Source: an uncultured Gemmatimonadota bacterium (GTDB taxonomy: Bacteria > JAAXHH01). Taken from it: 64,000 nt of DNA. Position 1 is the first letter of the stretch. Each line of letters starts with the position of its first letter. This document shows positions 56,454-64,000 of the stretch, one piece after another. Under the pieces are notes generated by a model, which saw nothing but the letters and a program-made list of their open reading frames with translations, was not told the origin of the DNA and searched no databases. Position numbers and translations under genes: made by a program. Where the stretch lies: positions 1,568,001 to 1,632,000 of the forward strand of contig OX638340.1 of NCBI GenBank assembly GCA_951812955.1, written 5' to 3'.

Positions 56454-57755
56454 CTACAGGTGCGTCAGACCATAACCGTCCTCTCCGTGCTGGGAGTGGT
56501 CCAGGCCGACCTGCTGCTCATCTTCCGTAGCGCGGAGCCCGATCGTACGATCGATAAGCCACACAAGCACGCCTGTTCCAACGGCCGATAGCGCGACGGC
56601 GATGACCACGCCCTTGATCTGGATCAGGAACTGGGACCAACCACCGACGTCTGTGGCGACCAGCCCGACCAGCAGGGCGCCGAACATACCGCCGACGCCG
56701 TGAATGGCGAAGACGTCGAGCGTATCGTCATATCCCAGCTTGCCCTTGAGCTGAACCATCAGAAAACACACCACTGCCGCGCCGAACCCGAATACCAGGG
56801 CCCAGGCCGGGGTTACGCTGCCCGCGGCCGGCGTGATGGCGACCAGGCCGGCCAGAATACCGGAAACAATACCCAAGCTCGAGGCCTTGCCGTGATGAAT
56901 AAGCTCCGTAACGATCCAGCCCACGGCGCCGGCCGACGCGGAGATTTGGGTCACCGTCAATGCTTGCACGGCTGTTTCACCGGCGGACACGGCGGAACCG
57001 GCGTTGAAGCCGAACCAGCCGATCCAGAGCAGGCCAGCGCCGATGAGCGTCATCGTCAGGTTGTTTGGCTTCATGGCCCGGGAGGGATAACCGATCCGGG
57101 GACCAAGCACCATCGCGGCCACCAGGCCGGCCACGCCCGATGAAATATGTACCACCGTACCGCCCGCAAAGTCAATGGCGCCATCCTTGAAGAGCATGCC
57201 ATCCGCGTTCCAGACCATGTAGCACAGGGGTTCGTACACGACGAAACCCCAGAGCAGGATCAGCAGGCAGTAGGCGCCGAACTTCACGCGTTCGGCGATG
57301 GCTCCCGCGATCAGTGCAGGGGTGATGATGGCGAACATGCCCTGGAACATGGCGAACAGGTACGTGGGGACATTCGTCCCGTCCCAGATGGTCCCGGGAT
57401 CGACGCCTCCCAGCAGAAAGTAGTCGGAGCTCCAGCCGAGTACGCCCGGTATGATCGAGCTCGCGCCGAAGGCCAGGGCAAATCCGATTACCGTCCACTG
57501 CACGCCCATGATGCCCATGGCCGCGAAGCTGTGCATCATGGTGCCCAGCACGTTCCGGGTGCGCGTGAGCCCTCCGTAGAACATGGCCAGGCCGGGCAGC
57601 ATGAGCAGGACCAGGGCGCAACTGACGAGCATCCAGGCGGTATCCCCGGTGTTCAGCACGGCCGCCGGAGCCGCCGCCTCTTCCTGCGCGAGGACCACGC
57701 CGGGAACGCAAAGCGCCAGCGACGCGGAAATACGTAATATGCCACTAAGGGACAT
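56454..57755 (-). CDS. amtB: Ammonium transporter (Amt family)
   Basis: Signal peptide plus 11 TM helices. Conserved Amt twin-His and Phe-gate regions (e.g. DFAGGTVVHISSG). Confidence 0.9.
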   Translation of the reverse strand: MSLSGILRISASLALCVPGVVLAQEEAAAPAAVLNTGDTAWMLVSCALVLLMLPGLAMFYGGLTRTRNVLGTMMHSFAAMGIMGVQWTVIGFALAFGASSIIPGVLGWSSDYFLLGGVDPGTIWDGTNVPTYLFAMFQGMFAIITPALIAGAIAERVKFGAYCLLILLWGFVVYEPLCYMVWNADGMLFKDGAIDFAGGTVVHISSGVAGLVAAMVLGPRIGYPSRAMKPNNLTMTLIGAGLLWIGWFGFNAGSAVSAGETAVQALTVTQISASAGAVGWIVTELIHHGKASSLGIVSGILAGLVAITPAAGSVTPAWALVFGFGAAVVCFLMVQLKGKLGYDDTLDVFAIHGVGGMFGALLVGLVATDVGGWSQFLIQIKGVVIAVALSAVGTGVLVWLIDRTIGLRATEDEQQVGLDHSQHGEDGYGLTHL

Positions 57756-57954
57756 ACGGAAAACCTCCCTGTTGTGATGGAATAGACACGACCATTCGAA
57801 AATGAGATAGTAATATAGCGCCCGACTGTTACAGGGATATTTCCCGGAGGTTAAATCCGTGTAAACTGAGGGAAATTACTAAAAACGTGTGGGTTTTTTG
57901 TGGATATGGGCGGTGCTGGAAGGGACAATCACCCGTCGGGGCCCGGGTCGCGGA

Positions 57955-59706
57955 CTAGTACGGCAAATCGCCCGTCGGGTCATTGGCGTAGCGCGAGGTG
58001 CCCAGCGTGAGACTTGCGCCGGCCCCGGGCGCTAGATCCACCGTCAGGGTCCGGCCGTGCACAGGGTGTTCCTCACCGCCGCCGACCCGGGCGGTCGTCC
58101 ACTGGTGTTCTCCGTACGTTCCACCCTGGACCACGACAGTCCGAGGTTCGAGCTGGTTGAGGTTGACGAGGATGACGCTCGTCTCCTCCGCGGTCAATCC
58201 CTCCACCAGGGCTCCTACGTCGGCAGGCAGTCCCGGCCTGCCCCTGAGCGGGTCGTAGTAGCGCAGGCGGGTGTGTAACGGCTTTCCCACCCGCGGGACC
58301 GTTCCGCCCATGGTCAGTTCGACCAGTGCGTCGACCGTGGCAGGACGAAAGGCGTTCGGGTTGTCCGACAGCCGCGTATCGGGCGTGGTGGGATCGTCGT
58401 ACATGTCCTGCACTTTCCGGCGTACCACGCCGATGTCCCGTTGCAGCGCTTCGACGGGGTAGCCGGGGTTGTTTCCTTCGAGGAAATCAATCCAGGGACA
58501 GGTCACGCGGCCGCGGTCCGCCTCGTCCATGGACCAGTAGTAGATGTCGAGGGCCCCGTCGTCGTAGGGTTCGTTCTCCCACTCGTACCATCCGTCATCG
58601 TTGTGCATGCGGGGATACATCTTCACGCCATCGACCATCCGGCTGTTCGCGTTCACCCCGTCAAGGGTCGTCCGCCAGGGTTCCAGGTAACGCCGGTCGC
58701 CCGTGAGAATGAGCGCGTTGCCGAATCCGTCCAGGCACCGGGCGATCCCGAGGCGGCTCTTGGGTTCACCGGAGTGGGGCGTGATCGTTGTGTGGGCCCA
58801 GCCGTACACGCCGCCCCACCAGCGTCCGCCTGCGGTGCCTCCGATCGTGCCGTCCAGGCCGATGTTCGACGGGATGATCCCGCCGTTCGCCCGGGTCCGC
58901 TCCACCCAGGCGTCGGTGTACTCGAGCAGCCAGTCCTTGTACTTCTTATCCTTTGTATGCACGTAAGCGTTGAAAGCCATGCAGGTGGCGGCCAGGTTAA
59001 GCGGGTGATCCCCGGCCACGTCTTCGTAGCCTATGTAGTGGTCCAGCATGTCCTGGTAGTGCCGCTCCCCGTGAGCCAGAATGAAGCGGCCGTCCTCGAT
59101 GCGGTCGCCGGCCCAGTCGAGGGGCGTGGTCTTGCGCAGGAGCGATCCCCGGCTGCCGTTGAACATGCTGCGGATGAGCCTGTGCTCCGGATCCCAGTTG
59201 GGTACTTCGATCTGACCGGGCAGTTCGTCGCCTTCCATGAAGAATCCCGCGAACCGGCGGAGCCGCTGGATATGGCGGTCGTCACCGGGGTCGCACAACC
59301 CGATGGTCCCCGTCACCGCGTTGCCTTCCTGGTGGTGGGCCCAGTCGAACATCACGGGAAACTCCCGGTAGTACATGCCCTCGCGGGCGAATTCCACCTC
59401 CTCCGTCTTGGCCTCGGTATACTGGCGCAGATGACCTTCCTGGGCCTTCTGGCACATGGCGACCAAGTCGTCCGATCCCCCGATCAGGTAGAGAGCGGGC
59501 ACGTTGGTGAGGTTCTCGATGGCGTCGTCGGGGCCGTCCAGCGCGCCCCAGCGCTCGACGCACAGCAGGTAGCCCCGTTCGTCGAAATACCGGTCGTAGA
59601 ACGCCCGCGTGTGTTCATTGTTGGCCCGGATCAACTCGCGTTCGAGCAGGGCCCATGGCGGCGGCGGCATGGGCGTGGTGATCGATAGGACGGCATGCTG
59701 AGGCAT
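57955..59706 (-). CDS. Large hypothetical protein (583 aa), Trp/Tyr/Asp-rich, no confident family
   Basis: Long ORF with coding-like GC3. The antisense 415-aa ORF is judged a shadow. Confidence 0.6.
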   Translation of the reverse strand: MPQHAVLSITTPMPPPPWALLERELIRANNEHTRAFYDRYFDERGYLLCVERWGALDGPDDAIENLTNVPALYLIGGSDDLVAMCQKAQEGHLRQYTEAKTEEVEFAREGMYYREFPVMFDWAHHQEGNAVTGTIGLCDPGDDRHIQRLRRFAGFFMEGDELPGQIEVPNWDPEHRLIRSMFNGSRGSLLRKTTPLDWAGDRIEDGRFILAHGERHYQDMLDHYIGYEDVAGDHPLNLAATCMAFNAYVHTKDKKYKDWLLEYTDAWVERTRANGGIIPSNIGLDGTIGGTAGGRWWGGVYGWAHTTITPHSGEPKSRLGIARCLDGFGNALILTGDRRYLEPWRTTLDGVNANSRMVDGVKMYPRMHNDDGWYEWENEPYDDGALDIYYWSMDEADRGRVTCPWIDFLEGNNPGYPVEALQRDIGVVRRKVQDMYDDPTTPDTRLSDNPNAFRPATVDALVELTMGGTVPRVGKPLHTRLRYYDPLRGRPGLPADVGALVEGLTAEETSVILVNLNQLEPRTVVVQGGTYGEHQWTTARVGGGEEHPVHGRTLTVDLAPGAGASLTLGTSRYANDPTGDLPY

Positions 59707-59921
59707 GGGGACTCCTGGTTCTTCGGGCGTATTCGCAGGAAGGACGTTTCATCCGGAGGTTTGGAAAACAGGCAACAACATATAACTGGAAGCCGCGGGT
59801 GTCAACCACGCCGGTCCGCGTGTTACCGCCGTCATTGACGGGCCCGTTCGGTATATCTATATTCGCGGTACGTTTCGACACGCGATTTACCTTTACGAAC
59901 CCTGATTCAGCCAGGCAGAAA

Positions 59922-60749
59922 ATGGACTTCACACCCCTTGCTCCGGCGCAGCGGGAACACTTCCGGGAGAACGGATTCCTGATCGTCAAGGACGCCCTCG
60001 ACGACGATCTCCGCAACCGGGTGACGGCGGTCGGCGACCGGTTCATGGAGACCGCAGGACCGATCCACAACTATTACGCCAACCGGTACATCGACCTCAC
60101 CCTGGACGACGCCCTGGTCGAACTCACCACCAACAGCCGCACGGTATCCCTGGTGGTGCAGCTCCTTTCCTACAACATCCACCTCATGCGGGGACACCTC
60201 ATCTACAAGTATCCCCAGCCGGCTTCTGACGAGCCGCTCTATCCTGACGGCGACGGCCGGTCCTTCCGCAATTGGCACCGCGACTTGAACAACTTTACGC
60301 CCGACCACCCGATCCGGGGGACGGTGGCTATTCGCGTCGGGTACTGTTTGACGGACTTCCCATCTCCCGACGCCGGGGTGACCATGCTCGTGCCCGGAAG
60401 CCACAAGCTGAACGAAGCCTTGCGGTTCAAGGAGGGCGCCCTCGACCCGCCGGGGTTCATCGAACCCGCGCTCGAGGCGGGCGATGCTTACATCTTCAGC
60501 ACCAGCACCTATCACACGCCAGCTGTCAACTTCACCAGCGACACCACCAAGGTCCTGCTTATCAGCTACACCTACCGCTGGTGGGCCCAGCAGCATCCGA
60601 CACCGCCGGACGAAGTGCTCGATAGCATGGATCCCATCACGGCGCAACTGTTCTGCAAACCCTGGGAAGGCGACGACGTGCCCCTTCGGGCATGGGCGGC
60701 GGAACAAGGGCTGCCGGTGGAAGATCCCCCCATGCGGGTATTCGAGTAG
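59922..60749 (+). CDS. Phytanoyl-CoA dioxygenase (PhyH) family oxygenase
   Basis: NGFLIVKDAL N-terminal motif, WHRD(L) HxD triad, distal His (SHK). Start at MDFTPL; the ORF is open from 59799. Confidence 0.8.
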   Translation: MDFTPLAPAQREHFRENGFLIVKDALDDDLRNRVTAVGDRFMETAGPIHNYYANRYIDLTLDDALVELTTNSRTVSLVVQLLSYNIHLMRGHLIYKYPQPASDEPLYPDGDGRSFRNWHRDLNNFTPDHPIRGTVAIRVGYCLTDFPSPDAGVTMLVPGSHKLNEALRFKEGALDPPGFIEPALEAGDAYIFSTSTYHTPAVNFTSDTTKVLLISYTYRWWAQQHPTPPDEVLDSMDPITAQLFCKPWEGDDVPLRAWAAEQGLPVEDPPMRVFE

Positions 60750-60846
60750 CGGGACTTTTTCCACTGACCAGATTGTTAGTCGTGTTCAATAAGATGATGG
60801 TCCCTGCATGCACCAGGCTTGTCGGGGATTGTACAAAGGAGCAGTC

Positions 60847-61683
60847 ATGCCCAAATCAGACTGGCCGGAACTTGCCGGCGCGGCCCAGCAGCGATGGAAC
60901 CAGAATGCGGCCTTCTGGGACGATTACATGGGCGAGCAAAGCAACACGTTCCACAATTTGCTGGTGCGTCCGGCCATGGAACGACTGCTGGCCGTGCAGC
61001 CCGGTGACAGCGTGCTGGATATCGGGTGTGGGAACGGAAACTTCTCGCGGCATCTCGCGGGGTTGGGCACCCGGGTCACGGCGATCGACGGCAGCGCGGA
61101 GATGATCGATCGTGCTCGAAAGCGCACGGAGGGACGTGCGAAAGGAGGTCCGGAAAACGGTAACGCGGGCAGTTTAGATTACCGGGTGATCGATGTGACG
61201 GATTCCGAGCGGCTGGTTGAACTGGGTAGGAATACCTTCGACGCGGCCGTGTCGAACATGGCCATCATGGACATGGCCGTAATCGGTCCGATGTTCGAGG
61301 CTGTCCACGGTCTCCTCAAGCCTGGCGGCGTCTTCGTCTGCAGTCTGACGCACCCGTGCTTCCAGGCGCCATACGCGGTACGCTATGCAGAACAGGAAGA
61401 CCGTGACGGGGAAATGATCAAAAGGTTCGGGATCAAGATCGAGCGTTATCTTACGCCGCGGCCCTTCGAGGGCCTGGGTATCGTGAGACAACCCGTGCCG
61501 CAATACTATTTCCACCGCCCCTTGTCCGTGCTGCTGACCACGTGCTTTGAGGCGGGATTCGTCCTGGACGGAATCGAGGAAAGGGCATTCGACGATAGCG
61601 TTAAGGCCGATCGCGAACTGTCCTGGGCGAACTTCCGGGAAACCCCGCCCATGATGGCCGTGCGTCTCAGGAGACTGGATTAG
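60847..61683 (+). CDS. Class I SAM-dependent methyltransferase
   Basis: Motif I VLDIGCGNGNFS. AGGAG RBS before the ATG at 60847. Confidence 0.75.
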   Translation: MPKSDWPELAGAAQQRWNQNAAFWDDYMGEQSNTFHNLLVRPAMERLLAVQPGDSVLDIGCGNGNFSRHLAGLGTRVTAIDGSAEMIDRARKRTEGRAKGGPENGNAGSLDYRVIDVTDSERLVELGRNTFDAAVSNMAIMDMAVIGPMFEAVHGLLKPGGVFVCSLTHPCFQAPYAVRYAEQEDRDGEMIKRFGIKIERYLTPRPFEGLGIVRQPVPQYYFHRPLSVLLTTCFEAGFVLDGIEERAFDDSVKADRELSWANFRETPPMMAVRLRRLD

Positions 61684-61801
61684 TTTCCAATCTGGCGGCC
61701 AGGGGGTATACGTCCGCCAGGCGCTGACTGTACGACAACTTACCTGAATTTCGCGCTCAGGTTCCGATCGCGCGGCAACCTGCAAGAACCACGCGCGCGG
61801 A

Positions 61802-62488
61802 CTACAAACTAACCGATTCCCCCGGCTTCAGCACGACGCAGCGTGCCAGGTCGCCCACCTTTTTGACGAACTCGGCGGGATCCTGCTCGATCACCGGAAA
61901 AGTGTTGTAGTGGACCGGGATCACGGTTCCCGCGCCGATCATCCGGACGGCCTCCACCGCGTCGTCGATTCCCATGGTGTAGTTGTCCCCGATGGGCAGG
62001 ATCACCACGTCCGGTTTCTCCATCCGTCCGATCAGGGCCATGTCGCCGAAGAGTCCCGTGTCCCCCGTATTGTAGATCGTCTTCCCGTCGAAATCGACGA
62101 TAATGCCGGCCGGATTGCCCAGGTAAACGATGGTCCCGTCGTCCGATGTCACCGACGAACTGTGCGTCGCCTGCGTCAACTTTACCCTTCCGAAGGGGAA
62201 GGTGTGCGATCCGCCGATCCCCAGATCGTGGGTATCGGCGCCCTGGGCCTCGCAGTAGTTGGCGAGTTCGAAGGAGGCGATGATCTTCGCTCCGCTTCGT
62301 AGGGCAACGGGCACGGCGTCGCCGATATGGTCGGAGTGACCATGAGTCAGCAGTATGTAATCGGGGTTCAGATCGTCCGCTGAAATCGTCGCCAACGGAT
62401 TGCCTGTGATGAAGGGATCGAACAGCAGATCATGGTTGCCGTCGGTCAGCGAATAACTGGCGTGTGCGTGATAGGTGAGTTCGGCCAT
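61802..62488 (-). CDS. Metal-dependent hydrolase, MBL-fold (UPF0173 family)
   Basis: LLTHGHSDHIGD metallo-beta-lactamase motif. About 228 aa. Confidence 0.8.
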   Translation of the reverse strand: MAELTYHAHASYSLTDGNHDLLFDPFITGNPLATISADDLNPDYILLTHGHSDHIGDAVPVALRSGAKIIASFELANYCEAQGADTHDLGIGGSHTFPFGRVKLTQATHSSSVTSDDGTIVYLGNPAGIIVDFDGKTIYNTGDTGLFGDMALIGRMEKPDVVILPIGDNYTMGIDDAVEAVRMIGAGTVIPVHYNTFPVIEQDPAEFVKKVGDLARCVVLKPGESVSL

Positions 62489-62524
62489 GATTTCGTTCCT
62501 CGATTGTAATTGTGGAACAAGAAA

Positions 62525-62556
62525 AGCGGCCGGGGTGGCGTGTCGCCCCGGCCGCT
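62525..62556 (-). terminator. Rho-independent terminator for tpx: 11-bp GC-rich stem (AGCGGCCGGGG/CCCCGGCCGCT) followed on the minus strand by TTTTCTTGTT
   Basis: Hairpin read directly. Located about 100 nt downstream of the tpx stop on the minus strand. Confidence 0.6.
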
Positions 62557-62660
62557 TCTCAGGAATGGATCGCAGATACCGATCGATCTGGTTGGCCTGA
62601 TCGACCTGGTCGGACCGGTAGGACTGGCTGTTTCGTCCGCGCTTACTGTTCCGTCCGCGC

Positions 62661-63179
62661 TCAGACGGCGGATCGGGCAGCCGCCAGGGCGGCGTCGTAA
62701 TCCGGTTCCTCGGTGATTTCCGTCACGTACTCCGCGTGCCGCACGGTGTTTGAGGCGTCGACCACGAAGACGGCCCGCGCCAACAAGCGCAGTTCCTTGA
62801 TCACGGCGCCGTAGGCCACGCCCAGTGAAGTGTCGCGGTGGTCGGATAGCGCCGTCACGTTTTCGGCACCCGCATCGCCGCACCAGCGCTTCTGGGCGAA
62901 GGGCAGGTCCGTGCTGACCGCCAACACCTCGATGTTGTCACCCAGACCCGCGGCCTCCTGGTTGAATCGCCGGATTTCGGTATCGCAGACCGGCGTGTCG
63001 AGGGAAGGCACGAGGCAGATGACCTTTACTTTTCCCTCGTAATTCGCCAGCGTAACGGCGGAAAGGTCATCGCCCAGCACGGAAAAGTCCGGCGCAGCGT
63101 CTCCCACCTTCACTTCGTCACCGACCAGCGTTAAGCCATTTCCTTGAAAGGTTGCCGCACCGGCTCTTTCAGTCGCCAT
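62661..63179 (-). CDS. tpx: Thiol peroxidase (Tpx, atypical 2-Cys peroxiredoxin)
   Basis: Peroxidatic Cys motif SLDTPVCDTE, resolving Cys (RWCG), and Tpx-family C-terminus FVVDASNTVRHAEY. Start at MATERAG; the ORF extends to 63332. Confidence 0.85.
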   Translation of the reverse strand: MATERAGAATFQGNGLTLVGDEVKVGDAAPDFSVLGDDLSAVTLANYEGKVKVICLVPSLDTPVCDTEIRRFNQEAAGLGDNIEVLAVSTDLPFAQKRWCGDAGAENVTALSDHRDTSLGVAYGAVIKELRLLARAVFVVDASNTVRHAEYVTEITEEPDYDAALAAARSAV

Positions 63180-63366
63180 GATGTATGCTCTCCTTGCTGT
63201 GAAACGATTGTTGGAATCGGATTCTGGAAACTGATAGCAGATTCGAATACAGGCCACGTGATCTACGCGCGCACCTCGCGCACAACACGAATGTGCACTA
63301 CAGGGGTTTGCCGTAGGAAATGTCGCCGTCAACTCCGGCGCAACCTACGCGCGGGCCCCGCCGCTG

Positions 63367-64000
63367 TCAAGCGATTATGCCGTCCCGCTTGAGCATCGAA
63401 ACCGCCCCGTCAAAAGCCTCCACCGTACGTTCCACGTCCCCGGTGGTATGGACCGCCGAGGTCAATCCGTCGACCCCCATGCAATCTACGCCGTTCAGGA
63501 GCAACGCCTGCCGTATGGCGTGCAGCATATCCGCGTCGCCCCGGCGGTCCGCGGAGGCCGTTCCCGCCGAAAGGATCTTGAATCCGGAGAAGGAACCGTA
63601 GACCCGCCAGTTGTCCATGCCATTGGCTGCCAGCACCTCCGACATCCGGGCGCGAAGCTCCGCTGCCCGTTCGTTGGCGACGGCGATGTCGCGGCCGTCG
63701 GCGATGTGCTTGAGCATGGCGATACCCGCGGCCGCAGAGAGCGGGTTCGCGTTGAAGGTCCCGTAGTGCAGCATCTTCTGGTCCGTCTGCCACTCAGGGT
63801 CGTCCCGAAGCTCCAGGAGTTCCATGATGTCCGCGCGTCCGACCAGGGCCCCGCCGTTTAATCCGGCCGCCACGATCTTGGCCAGCGTGCTCAGGTCCGG
63901 CCTGACCCCATAGTGTTCCTGTGCGCCACCCGGCGCGCACCGAAATCCCGTCACGACTTCGTCCATGATGAAAATGACGCCGTACCGTTCGGTGAGATCC
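63367..64000 (-). CDS. Class III (aspartate aminotransferase family) PLP-dependent aminotransferase/aminomutase (HemL/GSA-aminomutase-like), C-terminal part; the N-terminus lies beyond the right edge
   Basis: MDEVVTGFR...TLAKIVAAGLNGGA region (PLP-Lys area) and C-terminal domain. The ORF is still open at the window edge. Confidence 0.8.
   Translation of the reverse strand, partial: DLTERYGVIFIMDEVVTGFRCAPGGAQEHYGVRPDLSTLAKIVAAGLNGGALVGRADIMELLELRDDPEWQTDQKMLHYGTFNANPLSAAAGIAMLKHIADGRDIAVANERAAELRARMSEVLAANGMDNWRVYGSFSGFKILSAGTASADRRGDADMLHAIRQALLLNGVDCMGVDGLTSAVHTTGDVERTVEAFDGAVSMLKRDGIIA

Noticed and set aside
58441-59688. 415-aa plus-strand ORF antisense to the large hypothetical gene
   Set aside because: Shadow frame. 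The minus-strand 583-aa frame has better codon periodicity, though it remains functionally unassigned.
59907-60764. 285-aa minus-strand ORF antisense to the third PhyH gene
   Set aside because: Shadow ORF. PhyH motifs are on the plus strand.

Overview
GC-rich (about 60-65% by eye) bacterial chromosomal segment, densely coding on both strands (about 65 protein genes, 2 tRNAs, no rRNA, no CRISPR). Because of the high GC, many long antisense shadow ORFs appear in the six-frame track; these are rejected below.

Main blocks, left to right:
- 1-7.9 kb, minus strand: envelope-stress/efflux operon. ECF sigma factor, zinc-finger anti-sigma, Spy/CpxP-like LTXXQ periplasmic protein, lipoprotein membrane-fusion protein with a long Gly-rich tail, a small 4-Cys secreted protein, and two tandem RND permeases.
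- 8-14.3 kb: PhyH-family dioxygenase; sugar-phosphate isomerase; a 5x22-bp iteron array plus a sigma70-like promoter; SAM methyltransferase; NagB-LmbE fusion; ketopantoate-reductase-like gene.
- 14.3-20.9 kb, the most interesting block: a 4-copy 49-bp tandem repeat array followed by a six-gene cobalamin (corrinoid) methyltransferase locus. It encodes a homocysteine-binding-domain methyltransferase, two small unknown proteins, an MtaA/UroD-family methyltransferase, an MtaC-like corrinoid protein and a RACo-type reductive activator. No pterin-binding methyltransferase is present, which suggests a folate-independent route from methyl-cobalamin to a thiol such as homocysteine.
- 20.9-24 kb: low-GC toxin-antitoxin islet (HicB/HicA-like, GNAT, HicA/HicB, MazE/MazF).
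- 24-28.6 kb: catabolic-looking cluster (MDR dehydrogenase, DHDPS-family lyase, cyclic amidohydrolase, beta-propeller lactonase).
- 28.8-32.7 kb: lipoprotein; DUF3299 plus MacB-like ABC ATPase plus FtsX permease carrying a His/Asp-rich tandem-repeat insertion.
- 33.2-33.4 kb: tandem tRNA-Ser(TGA) and tRNA-Ser(GCT), followed by direct repeats.
- 33.6-64 kb: gltX, SRPBCC, MFS plus iron-type ABC importer, YqeC-like, rhomboid, uvrB, SDR, sugar ABC importer, MORN/YwqK protein, second PhyH, low-GC ABC-2 exporter module, glnK-amtB, a large unknown protein, third PhyH, methyltransferase, MBL hydrolase, tpx, and a partial class III aminotransferase.
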